A stretch of 64,000 nucleotides of DNA from Gammaproteobacteria bacterium (GCA_965221695.1 OZ244905.1:1824001-1888000); one strand, 5' to 3'. Shown: positions 21,915-32,410, counted from the first letter of the stretch. The notes: generated by a model from the sequence alone, not told the origin. Numbers and translations: made by a program.

Positions 21915-23309
21915 GTGAACAACTGCAAACAGACAACTCCGGAGGAACTGCAGGAATTTCTGGAAAGACACCCTGACACGAAGATGGTCGAACTCCTGCT
22001 GCCCGATATCAACGGTATCCTGCGGGGCAAACGTGTCGGCAGAGACGAACTCAATGCCTTGTACCGGCAGGGACTTAAAATGTGCGCCTCGACCCCGCTC
22101 ATCGACAGTCGCGGCGAAATTACCTTTGATATAAACCTGGGCACCCGGGACGGAGACCCGGATATCATGAGTTATCCGGTGGCCGGCACGCTGGCCCCGG
22201 TTCCCTGGTTGGGCGATTCAGCCATTGCTCAGGCATTTGTTACCTTGCGCGACCTGGATGGCGCGCCCTGGTTTGCTGACCCCCGTCAGGTATTGCGGCG
22301 CGTGTGCGACAAGCTGCAAGAACTGGGTTTGCGGGCGGTGGTCGCAACGGAATTCGAGTTTTACCTGCTGGAAACTGGGGAGGGCAATGCGCCACAGCCG
22401 CGTCTGGGCAGGATTCCCGGCACCGGACTGAAGCAACAAGGCCTGCAATATGCCAGCCTGGAGGATTTGTGGGAATGCGACCCGCTGCTCCGGGATGTGC
22501 AGCGCAACTGCGAAGCGCAAAACGTGCCCGCAAGCGCCGCGTTGCCTGAATTTTCTCCGGGGCAGTTTGAAATCAACCTTCACCACCAGGACGACCCGGC
22601 GCGCGCCTGCGACCACGGCGCAATGCTGAAACGCATCATCAAGGGAACCGCCTGCCGGCATGGACTGGGCGCGGCCTTCATGGCAAAACCCTTTGACAAC
22701 TACGCCGGCAGCGGGCTGCATATTCATGTCAGCCTGTTCGATGAGCAGGGAAACAATGTCTTCGCCGGCCCTGAAGACGAAACCAGGCCGTCCGTTTCCA
22801 GCGCGCTCAGGCATGCGGTAGGGGGGCTGCAACAGACCATGGCCGATGCCATGGCTTTGTTCGCTCCCAACGCCAATTCTTACCGGCGCCTGCAACCTGA
22901 CTCGTTTGTCCCGCTAAGTCCGAACTGGGGTTATAACCATCGGGCGGTTGCTTTGAGAGTGCCGGTGTGCGGCCGCCAGGATACCCGCATAGAACATCGG
23001 GTGGCAGGCGCGGATGCCAACCCGTACCTGGTAATGGCTGCGGTCCTGGCCGGCATTCATTACGGCATCACCCGTCAATGTGAACCAACTGAAATGATCG
23101 CTGAAGGGACTATGCTGGATAAACAGGAGATCGCCTTGCCGCGCCGTTGGGACGCAGCCCTGGACCGATTCCAGCACAGTGATGTGTTGCCGGAGTACCT
23201 GGGAGAGAAGTTTTGCCAGGTATTCGAGCTGGTCCGGCGCAGTGAGTGCGAACGCTTTCACAGCCAGGTCAGCAACCGTGATTACGAGTGGTATCTGCGC
23301 GGTGTTTAA
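21915..23309 (+). CDS. Glutamine synthetase-like gamma-glutamyl-amine ligase (PuuA/PauA family)
   Basis: DINGILRGKR, EFEFYL, PGQFEINL, FMAKP..GSGLHIH, RIEHRVAGADANPY. Confidence 0.88.
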   Translation: MNNCKQTTPEELQEFLERHPDTKMVELLLPDINGILRGKRVGRDELNALYRQGLKMCASTPLIDSRGEITFDINLGTRDGDPDIMSYPVAGTLAPVPWLGDSAIAQAFVTLRDLDGAPWFADPRQVLRRVCDKLQELGLRAVVATEFEFYLLETGEGNAPQPRLGRIPGTGLKQQGLQYASLEDLWECDPLLRDVQRNCEAQNVPASAALPEFSPGQFEINLHHQDDPARACDHGAMLKRIIKGTACRHGLGAAFMAKPFDNYAGSGLHIHVSLFDEQGNNVFAGPEDETRPSVSSALRHAVGGLQQTMADAMALFAPNANSYRRLQPDSFVPLSPNWGYNHRAVALRVPVCGRQDTRIEHRVAGADANPYLVMAAVLAGIHYGITRQCEPTEMIAEGTMLDKQEIALPRRWDAALDRFQHSDVLPEYLGEKFCQVFELVRRSECERFHSQVSNRDYEWYLRGV

Positions 23310-23442
23310 CTCGCATTCCAACAAGTCCGCTCAACCCGAATCTCTCATTACCAATTGATGCGATGATCGCTAACAGCAAACATCTATCCGATGCTGACAA
23401 GTGAATTGATGGGATCTTCGAGTTAGAGGTAAACTGAGAGTT

Positions 23443-24633
23443 ATGTCTTCACTATCACAACTCATTGACAACCAGCCGGAAGGGTTTTCCCTGCAACAGG
23501 CATTTTACCGGGATGCCGATATATACCGGCGCGAACTGGAGCGGCTGTTTATGAAGTCCTGGTTGTATGCCGGGCATGTCAGCCAGATTCCAGAAACCGG
23601 CGATTATTTTCTGTATGAACTGGCCGATGAATCCGTGATCATCGTACGCGCAGGCGAGAATTCCATTAAGGCATTCCTGAACCTGTGCCGCCATCGCGGT
23701 TCCCGTATCTGCCTGGAAGCGGAAGGCCGGCAGAAACTGCTGGTATGTCCATACCATGGCTGGACTTACCAGCTTGACGGCGCGCTGCGGGGCGCCAACT
23801 ACACACCGCCGGATTTCCAACGTTCGAATTATGCTCTGCGCGAGGCGCGGCTGGAGACGCTGCACGGGATGATCTTCATCAATTTTGACGAACAGACAGC
23901 CTCTTTCCAGCCGCTACGGCGCGATTTGGACGACTGCCTGCAGCCCTACAGGCTGGAACAGACCAAGGTGGCTCACAAGCAGAGTTACCCTATCCAGGCA
24001 AACTGGAAACTGGCGCTGGAAAATTATTGCGAGTGCTATCACTGCGTTCCCGCTCACCCCGAGTATGCTGAAGGACATGGCCGCTCATTTCCTGAGAAGG
24101 AGATGTCCGGCCTGCTGAAGCAGGTCATGGAACGAGGTAAACGGCTGGGACTGACCGATCATTGCGTTGACAAGAGCTGGTTGCATTCCGGCGTCGCCAA
24201 CGCAGACCGCGGCTTTGATCGCTATCCCCTGCTGAACGGCTTTGTCACCGGCAGCCGGGACGGCAAACCCGTGGCGCCGCTGCTGGGAGACCTGCGCGGT
24301 TATGACGGCGGCGCAACTGATATTCAGATCGGGCCGTTCACCTTTGCCCTGGCCTACTGCGACCACTTGGTCATCTATCATTTTCGCCCTTTGAATGTAG
24401 CCGACTGTGTTTGTGACATCACCTGGCTGGTCAATGAAAACGCGGTAGAGGGAAAAGATTACCATCAAGAGGAGCTGATCTGGCTCTGGGACATCACTAC
24501 CGTTGCCGACAAACGCATTATCGAGGACAATCAGAAAGGCATAAATTCCGCGTTTTACCAGCCAGGACCTTATACCGGCATGGAAGGTTTCACCCGCGGG
24601 TTCATCGACTGGTATCTGCGCGCGATGAAATAA
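23443..24633 (+). CDS. Rieske non-heme iron oxygenase alpha subunit (GbcA/Stc2/CntA-like)
   Basis: CRHRG..CPYHGW Rieske motif; ENYCECYHCVPAHP iron site. Confidence 0.9.
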   Translation: MSSLSQLIDNQPEGFSLQQAFYRDADIYRRELERLFMKSWLYAGHVSQIPETGDYFLYELADESVIIVRAGENSIKAFLNLCRHRGSRICLEAEGRQKLLVCPYHGWTYQLDGALRGANYTPPDFQRSNYALREARLETLHGMIFINFDEQTASFQPLRRDLDDCLQPYRLEQTKVAHKQSYPIQANWKLALENYCECYHCVPAHPEYAEGHGRSFPEKEMSGLLKQVMERGKRLGLTDHCVDKSWLHSGVANADRGFDRYPLLNGFVTGSRDGKPVAPLLGDLRGYDGGATDIQIGPFTFALAYCDHLVIYHFRPLNVADCVCDITWLVNENAVEGKDYHQEELIWLWDITTVADKRIIEDNQKGINSAFYQPGPYTGMEGFTRGFIDWYLRAMK

Positions 24634-24635
24634 CG

Positions 24636-25289
24636 ATGCGCAAGAGAGATCCGGGGAGCATCCCCGACAACAGGACCCTGGCAAAACAACGCCGCCAGGA
24701 ACAACTCATCAAGGCCACTATACGCTGTGTTGCCAAACGCGGCCTTTCCGCTACGACTATGGCGGACATCACCCAAGAGGCGGGGCTTAGCCTGGGGATC
24801 GTCAACCTGCACTTCAAGAGCAAGGACAAGCTGTTACTGGAAACCCTGAAATATCTGGCGGAAGAATATCGCCAGGCATGGGAAAAAACGTTACGCACGA
24901 CAGGGCCGGGGCCGGCGGAGAAACTTGCCGCCCTGGTAGAACTGGATTTTAGCAAAGCGATCTGTGATCACAAAAAAATCTCGGTGTGGTTCGCCTTCTG
25001 GGGCGAGGCCCGCGCGCGCCCCGTCTATATGAAAACCTGCGCCGAATATGACCACTATTACGTGCAGGAGGAAGCGCAACTGTTTGCTGAAATACTGCGT
25101 GACGATGACAACAACCGCCTTGATCCGATGATGCTGGCTACGACACTGGATGCGCTTGTGGACGGTCTGTGGGTGGATATGCTGTCAGCGCGGAATGCAA
25201 TCAGCCGTAACCAGGCCAAGCAACTGGTGATGGACTATCTGTGCTCAGTCCTGCCGGATCATTTTCACCGCACCGCCGAGCCGGACTGA
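24636..25289 (+). CDS. TetR family regulator (BetI-like)
   Basis: RRQEQLIKATI..TTMADI..AGLSLGIVNLHFKSK; WFAFWGE; DGLW. Confidence 0.9.
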   Translation: MRKRDPGSIPDNRTLAKQRRQEQLIKATIRCVAKRGLSATTMADITQEAGLSLGIVNLHFKSKDKLLLETLKYLAEEYRQAWEKTLRTTGPGPAEKLAALVELDFSKAICDHKKISVWFAFWGEARARPVYMKTCAEYDHYYVQEEAQLFAEILRDDDNNRLDPMMLATTLDALVDGLWVDMLSARNAISRNQAKQLVMDYLCSVLPDHFHRTAEPD

Positions 25290-25375
25290 CCAACGATGGG
25301 GCAATCTCCGGATAACAGCGCCAGGGAGTGGGAGACGGGCCGGATGCGACGCAAACGAACGCGGCGGGTTTCACT

Positions 25376-26491
25376 ATGACGATGGCAGCGAACCGGCTTC
25401 CTCAGTATACAGGGAAGGCCATCCTGCTGATGCTGTTGGCGCTGTCATGCATGGCGCTTGCGGCGGAAGAAAAAGTCGTCAACATGTATAACTGGGCGGA
25501 CTATATCGGCCCGGCCACCATCGAAGATTTTGAACGGGAATACGGCATCAAGGTCAATTACGACATCTACGATACCACGGAGATTGTGGATGCCAAACTC
25601 ATGTCCGGCAATACCGGTTACGATGTCGTTGTGCATGCCGCGTCTTATTCCGCCCGCCTTATTGAGGCCGGCGTGTACCAGCCCTTGGAGCGCAGCCGCC
25701 TTGATAACTGGAAATATCTGGACCCGGACATTATGCAGATCATGGACGACTTCGACCCCGGAAACCGTTATGCGGCCCCGTATATGTGGGGAACGACTGG
25801 TATTTCCTATAACGTGGACATGCTCAGGGAACGCTACCCGGACGCGCCGCTGGATAGCGCCGATTTCTTTTTCAGGCCTGAAATCATTTCACGCTTTGCC
25901 GATTGCGGCGTGACCATGCTGGATGGCCCCATCGATGCGCTGCCTTCAGTCATGAGTTTCCTGGGTTATCCGGGCAATTCCATTGACCCGCAGCATCTGC
26001 GCGCGGCGGAACATGTGATGAAATCCATCCGGCCTTATATCCGCTATTTCAGTTCCGCCAAGATGCTGATCGACATGCCGAACAAGGAAGTATGCGTGGC
26101 CATGAGCTGGTCAGGTGATTATATCGTGGCCCGTAGCCGCGCCGCGGAGGCCGGCGTTGACATCAACCTGGCCTATGTCATGTCGAAAAACGCTGTTCAT
26201 ACCTGGATTGACTCCATGTTTATTCCCAGCGATGCCCCGCATCCGGACAACGCCCACCTCCTGGTCAACTTTCTGCTGCGCCCGGAGGTGATTGCGCAGG
26301 TTTCCAATTTCATTGGTTATGCCAACGCCAATCAGGCCGCGACTGCGCTGGTGGACCCGGACATTGCCGCAGACCCGGCCATTTATCCTGACGCCGATGT
26401 GCGCAGCCGCATGGAACTCTCCCTGGTCTATTCTCCCAAGATGGAGAGAAACCGGTCCCGGGCCTGGACGCGGATTAAATCAGGTCTTTGA
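25376..26491 (+). CDS. potF: Polyamine ABC transporter substrate-binding protein
   Basis: YNWADYI, TGYDVV, PYMWGTTG, WSGD, APHPDNA; signal peptide; alternative GTG start at 25328. Confidence 0.88.
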   Translation: MTMAANRLPQYTGKAILLMLLALSCMALAAEEKVVNMYNWADYIGPATIEDFEREYGIKVNYDIYDTTEIVDAKLMSGNTGYDVVVHAASYSARLIEAGVYQPLERSRLDNWKYLDPDIMQIMDDFDPGNRYAAPYMWGTTGISYNVDMLRERYPDAPLDSADFFFRPEIISRFADCGVTMLDGPIDALPSVMSFLGYPGNSIDPQHLRAAEHVMKSIRPYIRYFSSAKMLIDMPNKEVCVAMSWSGDYIVARSRAAEAGVDINLAYVMSKNAVHTWIDSMFIPSDAPHPDNAHLLVNFLLRPEVIAQVSNFIGYANANQAATALVDPDIAADPAIYPDADVRSRMELSLVYSPKMERNRSRAWTRIKSGL

Positions 26492-26511
26492 AAACTGTGG
26501 TGTAATACCAA

Positions 26512-27606
26512 GTGGACAAAACGCTCATTCAGATTGAAAACCTCTGTAAACATTACGGCGATTTTCCCGCTGTGCGTGACGTCAGTCTCGATATTTTCCA
26601 GGGTGAATTGTTTTCCATACTCGGTGGTTCGGGTTGCGGTAAGACCACCTTGCTGCGCATGCTGGCGGGATTTGAGCAACCGAGTTCCGGCAGGATCCTG
26701 ATCGATGGCATCGATATGGCCGGCGTGCCCCCCTATGAGCGCCCTGTCAATATGATGTTCCAGTCATATGCCATCTTCCCGCACATGAATGTTGAGGATA
26801 ACGTTGCCTACGGCCTGAAGAAAGAGGGCCTGCCGAAATCAGCGGCGCGCGCGCGGGTGGACGAAATGCTGGAACTGGTGCAACTGGCGGAGTTCGCCCG
26901 CCGCAAACCCCGACAGCTATCCGGCGGCCAGCGGCAACGGGTCGCCCTGGCGCGGGCGTTGGTCAAACGTCCTAAAGTCCTGCTTCTGGATGAGCCGCTG
27001 GCGGCGCTGGACAAGAAGCTGCGCGAGCGCACCCAGTTCGAGTTGATGAACATCCAGGACCAGACCGGCGTGACGTTTATCGTCGTCACTCATGACCAGG
27101 AGGAAGCCATGACCCTGTCGACCCGCATCGCAGTTATGCGCGAAGGCAGGTTTATCCAGTGCGGCGCGCCGCAACAGATCTACGAATATCCGGCGAACCG
27201 CTATGTTGCGGATTTTTTCGGAACCATCAATTTGTTCGAAGGCTTGGTCAGCCGCGTTGACGGTGACAACATAACAATAACATGCGCTGCGGTGAACGCT
27301 GACATCAAAGCAAAAACGACGACCCGGATCAACCGTTCCGATCGGCTGACGGTTGCCGTGAGACCTGAGAAAATCTCGATCTCGAAAAAACCTCCAGACG
27401 CCGGCGTTGCGGCCGCGCTGAAAGGGGTGGTCCTGGACCTGGGCTATTACGGGAGCCTATCCGTGTACCGCATCAGCACAGATGCGGGATTCGTTGTCCA
27501 AGTCAGCGCCCAGAACCGAATGCGCTCAGCCGAAAGAAGCCTGGAATGGGATGACGTGGTATACCTTTCCTGGGATATTGGCAGCAGCGTGGTATTAGCA
27601 GAATGA
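26512..27606 (+). CDS. potG: Polyamine ABC transporter ATPase
   Basis: GGSGCGKT, FQSYAIFPHM, LSGGQRQR, LLLDEP, TOBE tail. Confidence 0.9.
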   Translation: MDKTLIQIENLCKHYGDFPAVRDVSLDIFQGELFSILGGSGCGKTTLLRMLAGFEQPSSGRILIDGIDMAGVPPYERPVNMMFQSYAIFPHMNVEDNVAYGLKKEGLPKSAARARVDEMLELVQLAEFARRKPRQLSGGQRQRVALARALVKRPKVLLLDEPLAALDKKLRERTQFELMNIQDQTGVTFIVVTHDQEEAMTLSTRIAVMREGRFIQCGAPQQIYEYPANRYVADFFGTINLFEGLVSRVDGDNITITCAAVNADIKAKTTTRINRSDRLTVAVRPEKISISKKPPDAGVAAALKGVVLDLGYYGSLSVYRISTDAGFVVQVSAQNRMRSAERSLEWDDVVYLSWDIGSSVVLAE

Positions 27607-28499
27607 CACATTCGGACAAGCTTTGGCGGCTCGTGGTCATCTCCACGCCCTATCTGTGGCTGTTGGTTTTTTTTCTGTTGCCGTTCCTGTTCGTCCTCAA
27701 GATCAGTTTTGCCGATCCGATCGTCGCGCTACCGCCGTTTACCGCGCTATTCGATCCTGCCAGGGAAGGCGGACGCTGGTTCCAGATCACACTGGATAAT
27801 TACCGCTTCATACTCGAAGATGACCTGTATTGGATCAGTTACTTCAAATCGATCAGGATTGCCTTCATCTCGACCTGCCTGTGCCTGCTCATCGGATACC
27901 CGATGGCTTATGCCATCGCTCGGGCCGCGCCGGGCTGGCGCAACCTGTTTCTATTCCTGGTCATCCTGCCGTTCTGGACCTCGTTTCTGCTGCGGGTTTA
28001 CGCCTGGATGGGCATGCTGAGCACGAACGGCGTGATCAACAACCTGCTGATCGGGGCGGGTCTTATTGACCAACCCTTGAAACTGTTGTACACGGATTTT
28101 GCGGTCTATATGGGCATCATTTACTCGTACCTGCCATTCATGATCCTGCCGTTGTACGCCAACCTGGAGCGGTTGGACTACAGTCTGAACGAAGCGGCAG
28201 CGGATCTCGGCGCCAGGCCCCTGGCAATTTTCCGTGATATCACACTCCCTCTTTCCTTACCCGGCATTATCGCGGGCTGCCTGCTGGTGTTCATTCCTGC
28301 GCTGGGGGAATTTGTCATTCCGGCCTTGCTGGGCGGACTCGATTCGCTGATGATAGGCCGTACCCTGTACGATGAATTTTTTACCAATCGCGATTGGCCG
28401 CTGTCGTCAGCGGTTGCTGTTATCCTGTTACTCATCCTGGTGGCGCCCATCATGCTGTTCCAACATTACCAGGCGCGCGGGACCGCGGACCAACCATGA
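27603..28499 (+). CDS. potH: Polyamine ABC transporter permease
   Basis: LPFWTSFLLRVYAW, EAAADLGA, NRDWP. Confidence 0.9.
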   Translation: MTHSDKLWRLVVISTPYLWLLVFFLLPFLFVLKISFADPIVALPPFTALFDPAREGGRWFQITLDNYRFILEDDLYWISYFKSIRIAFISTCLCLLIGYPMAYAIARAAPGWRNLFLFLVILPFWTSFLLRVYAWMGMLSTNGVINNLLIGAGLIDQPLKLLYTDFAVYMGIIYSYLPFMILPLYANLERLDYSLNEAAADLGARPLAIFRDITLPLSLPGIIAGCLLVFIPALGEFVIPALLGGLDSLMIGRTLYDEFFTNRDWPLSSAVAVILLLILVAPIMLFQHYQARGTADQP

Positions 28500-28530
28500 T
28501 CTGCCAGCGTTCCATTGCGCGCCAGCCCCG

Positions 28531-28566
28531 CCATTACCGCGCAAGCGGAGATCCATTGGATTCCGG
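28531..28566. repeat. Degenerate REP remnant between potH and potI
   Basis: CCATTACCGCGCAAGCGGAGATCCATTGGATTCCGG resembles the REP pair at 353-446. Confidence 0.5.
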
Positions 28567-28581
28567 TTTACAGGACAAATC

Positions 28582-29412
28582 ATGAACAAACCGCGATCCA
28601 GGTTTCTGTTGACTGTGCTCTGCTTTGGTTATGCGTTCCTTTATATCCCGATCGTCATGGTGATGGTATATTCGTTCAACGATTCCCGTATTGTCTCGGT
28701 CTGGGGCGGTTTTTCTCTGCGCTGGTATGCGGCTCTGCTGGAGAACCGGCAGCTACTTGAGGCGGCCCTGCTCAGCTTGCGCATTGCCTTCATCAGCGCC
28801 ACCTTTGCCACCGCGCTGGGGACGCTGGCCGGACTTGCCCTGGCTCGGATCAGGAAGTTCCGCGGCAGGCTACTTTTTTCCGGCCTTATCGCGGCGCCGC
28901 TGGTCATGCCGGAGGTCATCACCGGGCTATCGTTGTTGCTGCTGTTTGTCAGCCTGCAGGATTTCACCGGCTGGCCGGGCGGACGAGGCGCCATGACCAT
29001 CACCATTGGTCATATCACCTTTTCCATGGCCTATGTCGCAGTGATTGTGCAATCGAGATTGATTTCCATGGACCAGTCCCTGGAGGAAGCGGCCATGGAC
29101 CTGGGCGGACGGCCATTCCAGGTGATGTTTGATATTACCTTGCCCATCATCGCGCCGGCCATGCTGTCCGGCTGGTTGCTGGCATTTACCCTGTCGCTGG
29201 ATGATCTGGTGATCGCCAGTTTCGTGTCCGGCCCGGGCGCCAGCACCCTACCCATGTGGATTTTCTCCAAGGTCCGCCTGGGCGTCACCCCTGACGTCAA
29301 CGCGCTGGCGACCCTGATCATTCTCACTGTCAGCCTCGGGACGTTCATCGCCGGCCTGATTTTGCTGCGCCAGCATCGGCAACAACGGCAGGCCAGCCAC
29401 TCATCCGCTTGA
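28582..29412 (+). CDS. potI: Polyamine ABC transporter permease
   Basis: FLYIP..YSFN, PLVMPEVITG, EEAAMDLG, SLDDLVI. Confidence 0.9.
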   Translation: MNKPRSRFLLTVLCFGYAFLYIPIVMVMVYSFNDSRIVSVWGGFSLRWYAALLENRQLLEAALLSLRIAFISATFATALGTLAGLALARIRKFRGRLLFSGLIAAPLVMPEVITGLSLLLLFVSLQDFTGWPGGRGAMTITIGHITFSMAYVAVIVQSRLISMDQSLEEAAMDLGGRPFQVMFDITLPIIAPAMLSGWLLAFTLSLDDLVIASFVSGPGASTLPMWIFSKVRLGVTPDVNALATLIILTVSLGTFIAGLILLRQHRQQRQASHSSA

Positions 29413-29427
29413 ACCCGAGGGCCAGTT

Positions 29428-30267
29428 ATGTTCATCGCCAATTTCCATGTTCTGAAACAATCCGCCAAATGGATTGTGTATTCCTTGCTGCTGGTAAATT
29501 TCGCTTTTTACCTGAATTGGGACTGGCATGTCGCCACTCATGCGCTGGCGCCAGCGGCGCCGCTAAATCATTGGTTGCGGGCTTTTGCTGCGTCCATCGA
29601 CCACGCGTCCTGGCTCACTCTGATCATCCTGTTCGAACTGGAAACCTATACCCTGTCCGATGAAGCATTCACCCCGCTGGTAAGAAGAACCATGCATGGG
29701 ATTCGTCTGTTGTGTTACCTGTTTATCTTGCATACGGTCTATGCTTACAGCCACAGCGCGTATGAAGTCCAATATAAAGTGGAGCAGGCAACGGGCGTGT
29801 CCGACCTGTGCCAGGTAGCAGACGGGCGTCTATCGTTTGTCTACAACCAGCAATATACCTATCTCAATGAAGACAACTGCGCAGAACTTGGCCAAGGCAA
29901 TGAATTTTTTCTGCTGGAGAAGGGGCTGGTGATTGCCGACTCCATCAGCCTGAAGAGAGAAAGATGGCTGGCATGGTTGGATCTGGTTGAGGCTGTGATC
30001 TGGCTATTCATCATGGGACTGATCGAAGCAACCATCAGACTGCAGGAACGCGGGATATCAAGAGGACGGACCATGGCTACGCTGAATTATCTCAAGTTTG
30101 CCGGTTTTAGCGCGTTGATAGGCATCGCGTCTCACTGGGGACTGACCGGCCTGTTGCTGAATTTCTGGGATGAAATCCTTTGGATAGGCGGATTTGTCGC
30201 GATCGAGATGAACATGTCGGACTGGCGCGAAGAACTTGAGGGAGAGCAGGTCGTAAGGCTGGCCTGA
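29428..30267 (+). CDS. Hypothetical multi-pass membrane protein
   Basis: About six hydrophobic segments, a central loop with two Cys; 15 bp after potI. Confidence 0.8.
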   Translation: MFIANFHVLKQSAKWIVYSLLLVNFAFYLNWDWHVATHALAPAAPLNHWLRAFAASIDHASWLTLIILFELETYTLSDEAFTPLVRRTMHGIRLLCYLFILHTVYAYSHSAYEVQYKVEQATGVSDLCQVADGRLSFVYNQQYTYLNEDNCAELGQGNEFFLLEKGLVIADSISLKRERWLAWLDLVEAVIWLFIMGLIEATIRLQERGISRGRTMATLNYLKFAGFSALIGIASHWGLTGLLLNFWDEILWIGGFVAIEMNMSDWREELEGEQVVRLA

Positions 30268-30274
30268 GGTTGCC

Positions 30275-32278
30275 ATGCGGCAGATTTATACCCCCAAAGC
30301 CGTATTCGATGAAGCGCTGGAACTGGTAAATGCCGGCAATCCGGGCGCGGCTGAGCGTATTTGCAGGGAGGCCCTGGAGCGAATTCCCGATGATGTCAAT
30401 ATGTTGGGGCTGTTGGGCGCAATACTGGTAAAAATGCGCCGACTGGATCAGGCCGAGCGGGTGTTGCGGCGCACAGTGCGCCTCGCTCCCACCTTTGCCA
30501 AGCCTCACGAAGACCTGGGTTTCGTATTGCTTGAACTGGAACGCTACCAGGAAGCTGTCGGCGTTCTGCAGAAGGCAGTGCGGCTCGATCCCAAGCTTGA
30601 GTTCGCCCAGTTCAACCTGGGCAAGGCCCTGGCGATGACCGGCCAGGGCGAGCAGGCCGATGCCGCCTTTGAGGAGTCCTTCTCCCTGTCGCCGGAACGA
30701 AAGCTGCTGGCCGAAGCCGCCAGGCTGCACAAGGAAGGCAAGCTCGAGGAAGCGGAAAAACGCTATCGCCAAGCGCTGAAGAACAACCCCGATAATGTTG
30801 ATGCCATGCGCCTCCTGGCCATGGTGGCAGCGGCGTTGAAGCGCTTTGATGACGCCGAACGCCTGTTGCGGCGCGCGCTTGCCATCGCGCCGGACTACCT
30901 GACTGCGCTCATTGACCTAGGCCGGGTATTGAAAGAGCAGGACCGCTTTGAAGAAGCCATCGAATGCTTCAAAAAAGCCGTTGCCATCAACCCAAATAAC
31001 CCGCAGACCCATTTTCTGCTGGCCGGCGTCTGCGCGCCCGCGGCGCTGAACCATGAGGCGGTGGAAGCGTATCGGCAGACTCTGGCGTTATCCCCGAAGC
31101 ATCCGGGCGCGCTGCTCGGCCTCGGCAATGCTTTGAAGACCATCGGTCGCGTGGACGAAGCAATACAGTCCTACCATGACTGCATCAAGATAAAGCCCAA
31201 TAACGGCGAAACCTACTGGAGCCTGGCAAACCTCAAGACGTACCGGTTCAACGATGAACAACTGGCGGAAATGGAAAAACGGGTCGAGCAAAATGACACG
31301 GCCGGCGCAAAATCGGAGGTCAATTTTCTGTTCGCGTTGGGCAAGGCCTACGACGACCGGCAGGATTACGAGCGGGCCTGGCGCTACTACGAACGAGGCA
31401 ACAGCAAGCAGCGCATGCTGGTTCAATATGACCCGGTCCATACCGAGACTGTCAACGATAGCATCATTGAGGTCTTTGAGAAGCCTCTACTGCAAGAAAA
31501 AAGGGGTTCCGGCCATCCGGACCCGGCGCCCATATTTATCCTGGGGCTGCCGCGCTCCGGTTCCACTCTGATTGAGCAGGTTCTGGCCAGCCACAGTCAA
31601 GTGGAAGGCACCAGCGAACTGCCATACCTGGGCCGGGTCGCCACATCGCTGAACAGAAACCGGCCGGACGGCGTCAACTACCCGCAAGCCGTATGCGAGC
31701 TGGAACCGGAAAATTTTGCCACCCTGGGCAAGGATTACCTCCGCTACGCGCAACTGCACCGGACCGAAGGCAAGCCGCGCTTTATCGACAAGATGCCGAA
31801 CAATTTTCCCACCATCGGCTTCCTCTGCCTGATCCTGCCTGAAGCAAAGATCATTGATGCGCGCCGGCATCCCCTGGCAGCCTGCGTAGGCAATTTCAGA
31901 CAACACTACGCCAGGGGCCAAACCTTTGCCTATGACTTGACGGACATCGGGGAATACTACCTGCAATATCAGCGCATGATGGACCACTGGCACGAGGTCT
32001 TGCCGGGCCGGGTACTGACCGTGCAGTACGAGGAAGTCGTCACCGATTTCGAGAATCAGGCGCGCAGAATCCTGGACTATTGCGAGCTGCCTTGGGAAGA
32101 CAGTTGCATCCGATTTTACGAAACCGAACGGCCGGTCCGGACGGCAAGTTCCGAGCAGGTGCGCCAGCCCATTTATGCCGACGCGCTCAATTTCTGGCGC
32201 AACTACGAGACCCACCTGAGCGAACTGGAAGAAATTCTTGGGCCCATTCGCGATCGCTATAGAAAATATGAAAACTAA
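30275..32278 (+). CDS. TPR-repeat sulfotransferase-family protein
   Basis: ~10 TPR-like repeats, then FILGLPRSGSTLIEQ PAPS-binding loop, FIDKMPNNF, TASSEQVRQP. Confidence 0.9.
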   Translation: MRQIYTPKAVFDEALELVNAGNPGAAERICREALERIPDDVNMLGLLGAILVKMRRLDQAERVLRRTVRLAPTFAKPHEDLGFVLLELERYQEAVGVLQKAVRLDPKLEFAQFNLGKALAMTGQGEQADAAFEESFSLSPERKLLAEAARLHKEGKLEEAEKRYRQALKNNPDNVDAMRLLAMVAAALKRFDDAERLLRRALAIAPDYLTALIDLGRVLKEQDRFEEAIECFKKAVAINPNNPQTHFLLAGVCAPAALNHEAVEAYRQTLALSPKHPGALLGLGNALKTIGRVDEAIQSYHDCIKIKPNNGETYWSLANLKTYRFNDEQLAEMEKRVEQNDTAGAKSEVNFLFALGKAYDDRQDYERAWRYYERGNSKQRMLVQYDPVHTETVNDSIIEVFEKPLLQEKRGSGHPDPAPIFILGLPRSGSTLIEQVLASHSQVEGTSELPYLGRVATSLNRNRPDGVNYPQAVCELEPENFATLGKDYLRYAQLHRTEGKPRFIDKMPNNFPTIGFLCLILPEAKIIDARRHPLAACVGNFRQHYARGQTFAYDLTDIGEYYLQYQRMMDHWHEVLPGRVLTVQYEEVVTDFENQARRILDYCELPWEDSCIRFYETERPVRTASSEQVRQPIYADALNFWRNYETHLSELEEILGPIRDRYRKYEN

Positions 32279-32380
32279 CCCTGTTTCGAGGCTGCCAACA
32301 TATTTCCTCATGATCAGGGCGCTGCTCGCGCCGATTGCGCGTAACTGTTGGCGCAGGCCAGTTAACAAAACTTATGCGGC

Positions 32381-32410
32381 AAAAAATGAATGAAGATTTA
32401 TTCATTTTTT
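32381..32410. promoter_or_regulatory. Palindromic operator upstream of the TonB receptor operon
   Basis: AAAAAA-TGAATGA-AGAT-TTATTCA-TTTTTT, same core as 16006-16023; abuts TTGACA. Confidence 0.7.
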
